From Candidatus Nomurabacteria bacterium (GTDB lineage: Bacteria; Patescibacteriota; Minisyncoccia; Phycocordibacterales; UBA9973): a stretch of DNA of 64,000 nt. Under the pieces are notes generated by a model. The model was not told the DNA's origin, searched no databases, and saw only the letters and a program-made list of their open reading frames with translations. The stretch's first letter is position 1, and each line of letters opens with the position of its first letter. Made by a program: the position numbers and the translations under genes. Below, piece after piece: positions 49,548 to 58,062 of this stretch. Location: contig JAHFNH010000002.1 in the NCBI GenBank assembly GCA_023267435.1, positions 4,219 through 68,218 on the forward strand, read 5' to 3'.

Positions 49548-49600
49548 ATTGATTTAGTTACTTTAGTCTCCGTGTAGAAGTTCAAAGTAACTAAATCAAT
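49548..49600. repeat. Perfect 17-bp inverted repeat attgatttagttacttt / aaagtaactaaatcaat with a 19-nt spacer
   Basis: Read directly. It lies 29-82 nt upstream of the 49519 start codon. Confidence 0.6.
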
Positions 49601-49715
49601 AACAACTAAAACCTAATATCAAAGATCTATAACCAATGAAAGTATAGCATATTATATTAAAAAGTCAATAGATAAAATCCTTATAAAATAAGGCTAATTA
49701 AGACAATTAAACAAA

Positions 49716-50471
49716 TTAATTACTCTTCGAGTCCCCTTTCAATGTAGCAAAAGCTTCTTGCACTGTAGTCATAAACTGAGCTGGGAAGATAATTGTTGAA
49801 TTCTTTTCAGTTGCTATTTCAGACATTGTTTGAAGTGTTCGAAGTTGTAATGCCACTGGATGAGCAGCAATAAGATCTGCTGCTTGTCCCAATTTCTCAG
49901 CAGCCTGGAATTCACCTTCAGCTGCGACAATTTTCGCACGACGTTCACGTTCTGCTTCGGCTTCTTTTGCCATGGCTCGTTGCATATTGTCAGGTAAAGT
50001 AATGTCTTTTATTTCGACTGCTGTTACCTGAGCTCCCCATGGTTCTGTATGGGAATCGATTACATCTTTGATTTGAATATTAATATCACTTGTTTGTGAA
50101 AGTAGTTGATCAAGAGAAAAACGGCCTACTACGTTTCGCACTGTCGTCTGACTGATTTGGTTAACAGCATCATAAACATTTTCAATTGCCACGACAGACT
50201 TTTGAGGATCAACAATGTGATAATACGCTACTGCAGCAATATCTATCGAAACATTATCTTTAGTAATAATTTTCTGTGACGGAATATTCATAGTAATTGT
50301 ACGTAAAGTGACTTTAGTCATACGTTCAAAAACTGGAACTAGAATAATAAGTCCAGGGCCACGCACTCCTGTGCATTTACCAAGGAAAAATATAACACCT
50401 CGGTCATATTCTTTGACCACTTTTAGTGATAATGAAAGCAATACTACTATTAATATGATTATGTATAACAT
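49716..50471 (-). CDS. SPFH/Band-7 (stomatin/prohibitin-like) protein
   Basis: N-terminal TM, '[12 protein letters not shown]', and an Ala/Glu-rich coiled coil '[22 protein letters not shown]'. Confidence 0.8.
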   Translation of the reverse strand: MLYIIILIVVLLSLSLKVVKEYDRGVIFFLGKCTGVRGPGLIILVPVFERMTKVTLRTITMNIPSQKIITKDNVSIDIAAVAYYHIVDPQKSVVAIENVYDAVNQISQTTVRNVVGRFSLDQLLSQTSDINIQIKDVIDSHTEPWGAQVTAVEIKDITLPDNMQRAMAKEAEAERERRAKIVAAEGEFQAAEKLGQAADLIAAHPVALQLRTLQTMSEIATEKNSTIIFPAQFMTTVQEAFATLKGDSKSN

Positions 50472-50791
50472 AAAGTGAGTATAGCACTTTCAGCTACTTC
50501 TTCAAATTTTTCTTGATTATCCATCAATTCATCAGGGACTTTCCAGTAACACATTGAAATAACTTTGCCGTCTGTTCTTTTGTAATTAAATTTATTCCAG
50601 CCTAAAGATGCGAGTTTATCAGCTAGTTCCCCTTTTGCTTTAAAATAAACTTGATTATCAATAATTAAAGAAAAAGGTATTCCTTTAGAATAAATACACC
50701 AGCCACCCATCATAGCTCGTGAAGTTATATGAGAGAGATTATTCATGAGGTCATAAACGACATAATCATGATATGAGGTATCTTTTTTCAT
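50459..50791 (-). CDS. TfoX N-terminal-domain-like protein
   Basis: '[26 protein letters not shown]' fits the TfoX_N pattern. It overlaps the SPFH gene by 13 nt, so the two are an operon. Confidence 0.4.
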   Translation of the reverse strand: MKKDTSYHDYVVYDLMNNLSHITSRAMMGGWCIYSKGIPFSLIIDNQVYFKAKGELADKLASLGWNKFNYKRTDGKVISMCYWKVPDELMDNQEKFEEVAESAILTLCYT

Positions 50792-50887
50792 TTTTTAATT
50801 ATAACAAATTTCCGAATTTCGCAAGGAACATTCTTGTAAATTAGAGTAGTAATCTTATAAGTTTTTTTATCTTGTTTTTCGTGCTAT

Positions 50888-51046
50888 TTAAAAAACAGCA
50901 ATACTTATAATTAACATTATAACAAAACTTAAAAATGAATTTAATAAAATTTGACTAAAACCATGTCCAGTAGAAAATCCAATCATTATAGATATAATAG
51001 CAAGAATTATAAATAACTTATTATTTTGTTTTTTATTATTTTCCAT
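50888..51046 (-). CDS. Small membrane protein
   Basis: 52 aa, 'MENNKKQNNKLFIILAIISIMIGFSTGHGFSQILLNSFLSFVIMLIISIAVF', found by manual translation of an intergenic gap. Confidence 0.3.
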   Translation of the reverse strand: MENNKKQNNKLFIILAIISIMIGFSTGHGFSQILLNSFLSFVIMLIISIAVF

Positions 51047-51092
51047 ATAATTTATATTATATCACATATCGTTAATACAAAAGTCTTACTCG

Positions 51093-51707
51093 TTAAACTT
51101 TTTTTTGAAGTTCAGAATCAAACCAAATAGCCTTCTTTTTTCCTATTAATCTAGAAAATATAGCGATTCTCTCTCTGCGCTTTAGGCTAAACACTTTTTC
51201 TATTTCTATAGTTTTTAATCTATGAGATTGTTCTTCACTAATACAATTACCATTATGTGTACAAATTTTTTCAACTTTAATCACCCCTCTTTTTTTATAA
51301 TATTTTTTTGAGCATTCAATATCACAAAATAGTGTATTTGGAGCTCTGCTATATAAAGACTTGTTACAATTTAAACAAAACATAAACGAACGAATATTAT
51401 TAACTCTTTGTTTCTTTTCTTCCCTTTTTATTTTTATCCAACATTCTATGCATAATGAATAATAGGTGTCTCTTCCACATGTACTACATTTATAAATTGG
51501 TCTGTATTCAGTGTTTTGAGTTATAGGTTTTACATAAAAATTATTTTTTATCTTTAAAATTCTTTCATATGCGTTATAAACTAACGTAAAAGAAGAATCA
51601 TTACCACCTTTGTCTGGGTGGGTTTTCTTTGCTTTTTCAAGGTATGCTTTTTTAATTTCTTCTAATGATGAGTACTGTGACACACCTAGAATTTCATAAT
51701 CATTCAT
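51093..51707 (-). CDS. J-domain protein with Cys-rich (zinc-ribbon-like) C-terminal region
   Basis: 'DYEILGVSQYSSLEEIKKAYLEKAKKTHPDKGG' with the HPD motif. Cys pairs follow: CSTC...CIEC, CLNC...CDIEC. Confidence 0.6.
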   Translation of the reverse strand: MNDYEILGVSQYSSLEEIKKAYLEKAKKTHPDKGGNDSSFTLVYNAYERILKIKNNFYVKPITQNTEYRPIYKCSTCGRDTYYSLCIECWIKIKREEKKQRVNNIRSFMFCLNCNKSLYSRAPNTLFCDIECSKKYYKKRGVIKVEKICTHNGNCISEEQSHRLKTIEIEKVFSLKRRERIAIFSRLIGKKKAIWFDSELQKKV

Positions 51708-51710
51708 AAA

Positions 51711-52460
51711 TTATTTCTTCTTTAAAATATTTAATACTGTTGACACTTCATCAATAAATTGTGCGTTTGCGGGCTTTAATTCATGAGGCATAAATTTAGT
51801 TCTTAAAATATTTTTAGTTGAATATCTTTCTTTTTTCATTGGAAGCAATGGACCACGTCCGTTATGATAAAGTTGCCATAGTGCTTCATGAATACCTTCT
51901 AAAAGGATACAAAATTTTTCCAATTCACTAATATTAACTTTATCAAAAAGAATTTTAACTTCTTCATTGGTAGAATATTTCTTATGTCCGAACTGGTGTC
52001 TTATTGGACGATATATATTTTCATAAATTTTCTGTTGTTTTGAAATAAATTTTTTAAATTTTCTAAAATCATCATCAGTTGGCTCATAAAAACTTTCCAT
52101 ATATTTTTTTAAATAGCTATTCATTTTATCAGTTTTTTTATCTTCATTGTTTACCCATCTTTTTTTAAATGATTTTTTAGAAAAAAGAGATTTATTATTT
52201 TCAACAACTTTAAATAAAGTATGGATGTTGTGCTTGGATTCATTATCAAAAATCCTTCCAATTGTTATGAAAGTTGAATTTTGAAAACCACTAAGAACTG
52301 TATTCCAAAATGTCGGAGTTCTATTCATGGTACTAAGGATATGTTTATTTTTATTAACAATAACATGAATTGCTAACTCCATATATAGATATTTAGAAAG
52401 AAGAATAACTTCATTTCTAAAAATATTTAATTCTAGTAAGAATTTTTCTTCCGAAGACAT
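51711..52460 (-). CDS. Hypothetical all-alpha protein with an Rx4H (HEPN-like) motif
   Basis: 'YRPIRHQFGHKK' matches R-x4-H. It is co-oriented with, and 3 nt from, the J-domain gene. Confidence 0.3.
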   Translation of the reverse strand: MSSEEKFLLELNIFRNEVILLSKYLYMELAIHVIVNKNKHILSTMNRTPTFWNTVLSGFQNSTFITIGRIFDNESKHNIHTLFKVVENNKSLFSKKSFKKRWVNNEDKKTDKMNSYLKKYMESFYEPTDDDFRKFKKFISKQQKIYENIYRPIRHQFGHKKYSTNEEVKILFDKVNISELEKFCILLEGIHEALWQLYHNGRGPLLPMKKERYSTKNILRTKFMPHELKPANAQFIDEVSTVLNILKKK

Positions 52461-52641
52461 AGAACTATTTTACCATTTTTTAATTTTTGTAAACTAAAAA
52501 ATATATTTTATTAAGCATTTTAAGTGCGTGGACCTAATTCAAACTGGCTAGCATCCTCTGTCTCAGATACTCCAAGACTTTGCAGTATAAAGGTTTCAGG
52601 ATGATTCTTAGTATACCATTTTGACGCTCTTCGGAATAACT

Positions 52642-53163
52642 TTAAAAACAGAAATTAATGAAAGAAACCAAAATTAGTGCTAACCCAACAAATGCAGCAA
52701 TAAACACATAATTTAATATCGAATCAATAAATTTAACTCTGATTATTCTTGGTTTAATTTCTGTATCATTAACTAAACCAACGAACTCATCTGCGTATTT
52801 CTTCATGGCTTCTTCCTCCTTCTCTAGAATTGCCTTTTTAATCTTTGCCGCATCATCTTGGTAGTCATAAATTAAATTAGATGTTGAAATTGTGGAATTT
52901 ACTAGAGAATGTTTGAGGCTGAAAGCCAAATAAAGTATGGAACCAATCATTAACAACTCACCAAATAAAAATAATTCTAAATTTTCTATGAATTGAAAAG
53001 CAGTAAATCCAAATCCAGCAATAAGACCGAGAATACCCATAAGTGTATTCGCAAGTGAAATAACCTGCTGAACCTCACTATTTTCTCTCTCAGCAAGTTT
53101 TTCTCTTATGGCAATACTGAACTGAGCTCTGTTTGTTAAATTTTTTATTTGTTCTTCATTCAT
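52642..53163 (-). CDS. Hypothetical membrane protein
   Basis: 173 aa with three or four TM segments. Confidence 0.4.
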   Translation of the reverse strand: MNEEQIKNLTNRAQFSIAIREKLAERENSEVQQVISLANTLMGILGLIAGFGFTAFQFIENLELFLFGELLMIGSILYLAFSLKHSLVNSTISTSNLIYDYQDDAAKIKKAILEKEEEAMKKYADEFVGLVNDTEIKPRIIRVKFIDSILNYVFIAAFVGLALILVSFINFCF

Positions 53164-53208
53164 GACCTTTTGCTATGCTCCGCGGACTCCGAACTTACCT
53201 CAACTTTG

Positions 53209-53279
53209 CTGGGAGACATGGACTCGAACCATGATTCACGGCTTCAAAGGCCGCTGTCCTACCATTAGACGATCTCCCA
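53209..53279 (-). tRNA. tRNA-Gln (anticodon UUG)
   Basis: Manual fold: acceptor TGGGAGA/TCTCCCA (7 bp), D-stem GTCT/GGAC, anticodon stem GCGGC/GCCGT with loop CTTTGAA, T-arm CATGG-TTCGAGT-CCATG, discriminator G. No encoded CCA. Confidence 0.8.
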
Positions 53280-53285
53280 ATTTTA

Positions 53286-53522
53286 TTATAACTTTAACTT
53301 CAATGCTCTCTTTCCTTTGGCTGTTTTGTAATATCTTTCCATATTAAATGCTTCGTACTTGTCATTATATGCTTCAGAATACAAAATTCCAAACGGAACA
53401 CGAGACTTAGTAGATCTAACTCTGCCTGAATTATGATACTTAAGTCGCTCTTCTATATCTTGGGTACAACCAATATATAAGTTACCATCTTTCTCGCTTT
53501 TTAATACATAAACATAATGCAT
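53286..53522 (-). CDS. GIY-YIG nuclease-family protein (small, YhbQ-like)
   Basis: 'YVYVLKSEKDGNLYIGCTQDIEERLKYHNSG' is the GIY-YIG core. Confidence 0.75.
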   Translation of the reverse strand: MHYVYVLKSEKDGNLYIGCTQDIEERLKYHNSGRVRSTKSRVPFGILYSEAYNDKYEAFNMERYYKTAKGKRALKLKL

Positions 53523-53530
53523 ATATATTA

Positions 53531-53600
53531 TGTCCTACCATTAGCCTCGCCCGTAGGTTGGAGCCTACTGGCTACGGCCGAGGGACAATCTTCCCAATAA
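53531..53600 (-). repeat. Degenerate partial copy of the tRNA-Gln 5' half carrying a GC-rich nested hairpin
   Basis: The minus strand reads TTGGGAAGAT...CTAATGGTAGGACA and matches the tRNA 5' end and D-loop. The ~40-nt insert CCCTCGGCCGTAGCCAGTAGGCTCCAACCTACGGGCGAGG forms two nested stems. Confidence 0.5.
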
Positions 53601-53615
53601 AGCCCTCAAAACCTT

Positions 53616-54683
53616 TTAATCTTTACTTATTATCTCAATAAGTGCAAGTTCTAAAGGTAATTCTGATACAAACGCTCTATCTATGTTTTGGTACGCTTCG
53701 AGCAATACCGAAAGCTGTGCTGACCTGAGCATTCCTATCTTATCCTTTTTTACCAATTCTTTCAAGAAGTCTAAGTCCGCACTAGATAATACACCAGTCA
53801 TTTCTTCTTCGAGTTTTGGCGCGTATTTCAAAATTATTGCCATGCGGAATTTTTGAATGATTAGTTTTAGATACAATTTCATATCCAAATTCTCACCAGA
53901 TGCTTTTTGGACAGCCATGATTCCCTCTTCTAAATTTTTATCTGCTATTGCAGAAATAAAATTATTTACTAAAGTTGTTTTTGGCGCACCAGTTATTTTT
54001 TCTACATCTTCTCTTTTTATTACGCCTCCACGGCGTATCGCCGAAGAGGCGATTTTTCCAGAAGAGAAGTTTAAAACTTTCTGCAAAGCGCCTTCAGTAT
54101 CACGAAAAGATCCATCGCCTAATATTGCGATGAGTTCTGCAGATCCGGCATCAAGTTCAAAACCTTCTTTCTCGGCAATATCTAAAATAACATTTTTTAA
54201 AATAATGTCAGATGGTTTTCTAAAAGTAAAAACCTGACATCGAGAAACAATTGTCTCAGGAACTTTGTGTAATTCTGTGGTAGCTAAAATAAATATGACG
54301 TGTGCTGGTGGTTCTTCTAAAGTTTTCAATAATGCACCCCAAGCATCTTTGGAAAGCATATGTACCTCATCGATAATATAAACTTTGTATTTTGAGTCGA
54401 AAGGAAGAGTGCGCACACCATCACGTAGAGTTCGAATATCTTCGATTCCTCTGTTTGAAGCGGCATCTATCTCATATAAGTCATTTTCGGAAACTCCGAT
54501 CTGTGTGGCGAAGATTCTAGCGACAGAAGTCTTACCTGTACCGCGAGAACCGACAAAAAGGTACGCATGAGAGACCTTTCCAGTGTCTACGGAGCTTTCC
54601 AACACTTTTACGATATGATCTTGTCCTAGCACCTCTTTGAAGGTTTTAGGACGATATTTGCGGTATAAAGCTAAATCGTGCAT
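53616..54683 (-). CDS. dnaX: DNA polymerase III subunit gamma/tau (short form)
   Basis: 'YRPKTFKEVLGQDHIV', Walker A 'GSRGTGKTS', and 'SRCQ' in the sensor region. Confidence 0.85.
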   Translation of the reverse strand: MHDLALYRKYRPKTFKEVLGQDHIVKVLESSVDTGKVSHAYLFVGSRGTGKTSVARIFATQIGVSENDLYEIDAASNRGIEDIRTLRDGVRTLPFDSKYKVYIIDEVHMLSKDAWGALLKTLEEPPAHVIFILATTELHKVPETIVSRCQVFTFRKPSDIILKNVILDIAEKEGFELDAGSAELIAILGDGSFRDTEGALQKVLNFSSGKIASSAIRRGGVIKREDVEKITGAPKTTLVNNFISAIADKNLEEGIMAVQKASGENLDMKLYLKLIIQKFRMAIILKYAPKLEEEMTGVLSSADLDFLKELVKKDKIGMLRSAQLSVLLEAYQNIDRAFVSELPLELALIEIISKD

Positions 54684-54790
54684 TGGTTTATTCTAGCAAA
54701 TTTCCCCTGAAAATTCAAAAGATTTTAAGAGTCGTGGGTTCCCTTTCCTATTTTTTCTGAGGGCGAAGGCTCAGAAATCTTTTTGAATTT

Positions 54791-55813
54791 TTAAAGGTTT
54801 AAAAATTCATTAATTAATTTTTCTATTTGTTTGGCATTTTCTGCTTCCATAAGTTTTACTCGCAATTCCTTTGCACCGTCAAAGCCATTGCAATATGCTT
54901 TATAGTGCTTTTTCATAATTGCGAAATTTTTCTCTTTGCCAAGTTTTTTTTCAAAAAGTTTTGTATGTTCTATTAAGACTTTTAATTTTTCTTTTATTGT
55001 CGGCGTTGTTTTTCTTTTACCATCAAAAAGCCATGGGTTACCAAAAATTCCTCTGCCAATCATCACTCCATCACATCCGTATTTTTTAATTTTTTCTTTA
55101 GCATCAGTTAGATCTACAACATCACCATTGCCGATGATTAAAATATTTTTGTTTATTTTATTTCGTAGTTCAACAATTTTTGGCATCAAATCCCAATGAG
55201 CTGGAACGAGAGACATCTCTTTACGAGTACGCAAATGCACTGTGAGTGCTACGATATCTTCTTTAAGTAATTCTGGTATCCAAGTATCAATTTCATTTTT
55301 ATTGTAACCAATGCGCGTCTTTACAGAGACAGGTAAATTCCCTGCTCCTTCTTTCGCAGCGCGTATTATATCTATTGCGAGTTTTGGATCACGCATTGAG
55401 GCTGCACCGGAGCGTTGTTTTTCAATAGACCTGTCTGGACAACCCATATTTATATCAATTCCATCAAAACCAAGTTTGGCACAAAGTTTAACTGCGTTTT
55501 TTATATTCTTTGGATTGGATCCAAAAATCTGCGCCACTATCGGATGTTCATTTTTACTAAATTTTAAATCAATAATGAGCTTTTTGCGTGCTTCCGGATG
55601 AGCTAGACCATCGGCTGAAACAAATTCAGTCCAAAAAACATCTGGTCCGCCATTTATTTTTCCATGACGCGAATATTTAGCGATTATCTGCCTAAAAGCA
55701 TAATCAGTCACATCCGCCATGGGAGCCAAGCAAAAGAATGGCTTGTTTAATTTTTGCCAGAAATTTTTATTTTGGAGTTTCATTTTGGAATTTGTAATAG
55801 ACTTTATTGCCAA
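54791..55813 (-). CDS. tRNA-dihydrouridine synthase
   Basis: 'CLAPMADVTDYAFR' Dus signature and a TIM-barrel FMN site. Confidence 0.8.
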   Translation of the reverse strand: MAIKSITNSKMKLQNKNFWQKLNKPFFCLAPMADVTDYAFRQIIAKYSRHGKINGGPDVFWTEFVSADGLAHPEARKKLIIDLKFSKNEHPIVAQIFGSNPKNIKNAVKLCAKLGFDGIDINMGCPDRSIEKQRSGAASMRDPKLAIDIIRAAKEGAGNLPVSVKTRIGYNKNEIDTWIPELLKEDIVALTVHLRTRKEMSLVPAHWDLMPKIVELRNKINKNILIIGNGDVVDLTDAKEKIKKYGCDGVMIGRGIFGNPWLFDGKRKTTPTIKEKLKVLIEHTKLFEKKLGKEKNFAIMKKHYKAYCNGFDGAKELRVKLMEAENAKQIEKLINEFLNL

Positions 55814-56669
55814 ACCTTAAATCAATATACAAAAGTGAAGGACCTTTTTTATCAAAATAAGATTTCAACGGTTCCACTGTCATAACTGCTTGTAAATTTT
55901 CAGCTAATTTTTCAAAATCCGCATCAGACTTGAAAATTATTTTAGGCGCATTTGTTAAAACAGGATCAGATGAAAGATAAAATTCCATATCTCCATCTTC
56001 TTTTGCCAAGAATGCAGACAATTTTATGTTCATACCCTCAAGTGTGTTTTTAAATGAAGTAATTTTTTCAAAACTATCAGGCATAAAATAAGATCCGGAT
56101 GGATTATCGATACTCTGTTTTATTTTACCGAAAAATCTGAAATAAACATTACCAGAAAAATATGGCGCTTCGTCGAAAATATATCCGGCATTATCCATAA
56201 AATAGCATTTGTTGTCTTTGGGATTTGAATTATCCGCAGGTATGTCATTTCCACACCAAGTGTATTTATTTTCTCTTTCTGTTATATCCACAACAAGATT
56301 GCTGAAATTTTCCTTGTAAACATTAAAAGATTTTATGCGAGGAATACTAGAAAGTTGTTTTTTTATTTTCTTTTCTGGATAAAGAAAAACATTATGTTTG
56401 GAAAAGAGGTAAAAATAATTTCCGTTTAATGCAAGATTTACATTGTCTTTAATGCTTTGCGGATCCAAAATATTAGCACCACGAATTTCTACTGATTTAA
56501 TAGAAAGAGAGGAAATTTTAGAAAGAAAACTTAAACCTGTTACGAAAATTAAAAATCCAAAGACACAAAGAAGTATTTTATTTCTTGTAGCACGTCGCCT
56601 CTTTTTTTTAAGTTCTTCTAAATGCGGAGTCTTTAAAACACTTCGTTCTTTTGGTTTCATTTTAAGCAA
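55767..56669 (-). CDS. ftsQ: Cell division protein FtsQ/DivIB-like (POTRA)
   Basis: Basic N-terminus, one TM, then a POTRA-like 'IKSVEIRGANILDPQSIKDNV...' segment. It overlaps the dus gene. Confidence 0.55.
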   Translation of the reverse strand: MLKMKPKERSVLKTPHLEELKKKRRRATRNKILLCVFGFLIFVTGLSFLSKISSLSIKSVEIRGANILDPQSIKDNVNLALNGNYFYLFSKHNVFLYPEKKIKKQLSSIPRIKSFNVYKENFSNLVVDITERENKYTWCGNDIPADNSNPKDNKCYFMDNAGYIFDEAPYFSGNVYFRFFGKIKQSIDNPSGSYFMPDSFEKITSFKNTLEGMNIKLSAFLAKEDGDMEFYLSSDPVLTNAPKIIFKSDADFEKLAENLQAVMTVEPLKSYFDKKGPSLLYIDLRFGNKVYYKFQNETPK

Positions 56670-57927
56670 TAAATTCTTTTCCGCCCATATATTTCTTTAA
56701 CACTTCTGGAATTTTTACAGAACCATCAGCTTGCTGGTAATTCTCGATAAGAGCCGCAGGTAAACGAGTAGTAGCACAAGCGGTATTATTTAAAGAGTGC
56801 GCAAAACGTAACTTACCATCATCATCTTTATATCTAATACTCAAACGACGAGTTTGAAAATCATGAAAGTAACTCGATGAATGTGTTTCTCGATATTTAT
56901 TCTGTGAAGGCATCCAAGCTTCTATATCATATTTTTTAACTTGACCTAGTCCTAAATCTCCACCACAGTTTAATACTACATGATATGGTATTTTTAACGT
57001 TTGCATTAGATACTCCACATGTGCTGTGATTTCTTCATGCCATTTCACTGATTCTTCATGTGAGGCTTCAGTGAGAATAACTTGTTCAATTTTAAAAAAT
57101 TCGTGTACACGAATTATTCCTTTAACATCTTTACCATGTTTTCCAGCTTCTGCGCGAAAACAAGGAGAAAAAGAAATAAATTTTTTCGGAAGATCTTTTT
57201 TGTCTAAAATTTCATTCATATAATATCCCATAGTGGCAACTTCTGCAGTTCCAGCTAAATACTCATTTTCACCAACTTTGTATAAATCTTCTTCTGATTG
57301 TGGAAGCATCCCAGTTCCAATAAGAGATTCTTTACGTACAAGTGATGGCACAATCATTGGTGTATAACCTTTTTCTATAAAATAATTTAAAAAGTATTGC
57401 CATAACGCAAAAAATAAAGTAGCTCCATCATTCTTTATGAAATAACCTCGGAATCCAGATACTTTTATTCCTCTTTCAAAATCAACCATATTTAAATTTT
57501 CCATCAACTCTACGTGATTTTTAGGCACAAAAGAAAACTGTGGTTTTTCTCCCCAAACACGAATTTCTAAATTTTGTTCATCGCTATCTCCATCTGGTAC
57601 AGATATGTCAGGAATATTAGGTACCTGGATCATAATTTTTTGCCATTCTTCGGTAATTGTTTTTAATTTTTCTTCTTTCGCTTTAATATCGTCTTTCACG
57701 ATACGCATTTCTTCAATGAGCTGGATTTTTAGAGCCGGATCTTGATCACGAGCAATGTCATTGGAAACTCTATTGACTTCGCTCCTTAATTCCTCGACTT
57801 CTTTCAAGACTATTAAACGCTCATCATCGAGCGTAACTAATTTTTGTATATCAATATCAACGCGTTTCTTTTTAGCGCCAGCTTGCACTATTTCTTTATT
57901 TTCACGAATAAATTTTATGTCTAACAT
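56662..57927 (-). CDS. serS: Serine--tRNA ligase
   Basis: N-terminal coiled coil plus class II motifs 'FRAEAG' and 'GYYMNE'. Start placed at 'MLDIKFIREN' (57927). Confidence 0.85.
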   Translation of the reverse strand: MLDIKFIRENKEIVQAGAKKKRVDIDIQKLVTLDDERLIVLKEVEELRSEVNRVSNDIARDQDPALKIQLIEEMRIVKDDIKAKEEKLKTITEEWQKIMIQVPNIPDISVPDGDSDEQNLEIRVWGEKPQFSFVPKNHVELMENLNMVDFERGIKVSGFRGYFIKNDGATLFFALWQYFLNYFIEKGYTPMIVPSLVRKESLIGTGMLPQSEEDLYKVGENEYLAGTAEVATMGYYMNEILDKKDLPKKFISFSPCFRAEAGKHGKDVKGIIRVHEFFKIEQVILTEASHEESVKWHEEITAHVEYLMQTLKIPYHVVLNCGGDLGLGQVKKYDIEAWMPSQNKYRETHSSSYFHDFQTRRLSIRYKDDDGKLRFAHSLNNTACATTRLPAALIENYQQADGSVKIPEVLKKYMGGKEFIA

Positions 57928-58062
57928 GCTTGCCATTATAACATAATGGCTTATATACACAAAAGTTGTTCCCTAAAGGGACTTCATTTAGCAAAATGAC
58001 CTACTGAGTCGTTTTCAACAGATTGATTACAATCTAAGAAAACGGGAGTATAATATACAAAT

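Noticed and set aside
53162-53347. Plus-strand 61-aa ORF from the six-frame track
   Set aside because: It completely overlaps the well-folded minus-strand tRNA-Gln and the start of the GIY-YIG gene, so it is spurious.
54684-54790. SRP (4.5S) RNA upstream of dnaX
   Set aside because: The conserved domain IV GGAA/AGCA symmetric-loop motif cannot be recognised by eye. It is kept only as an unassigned structured element.
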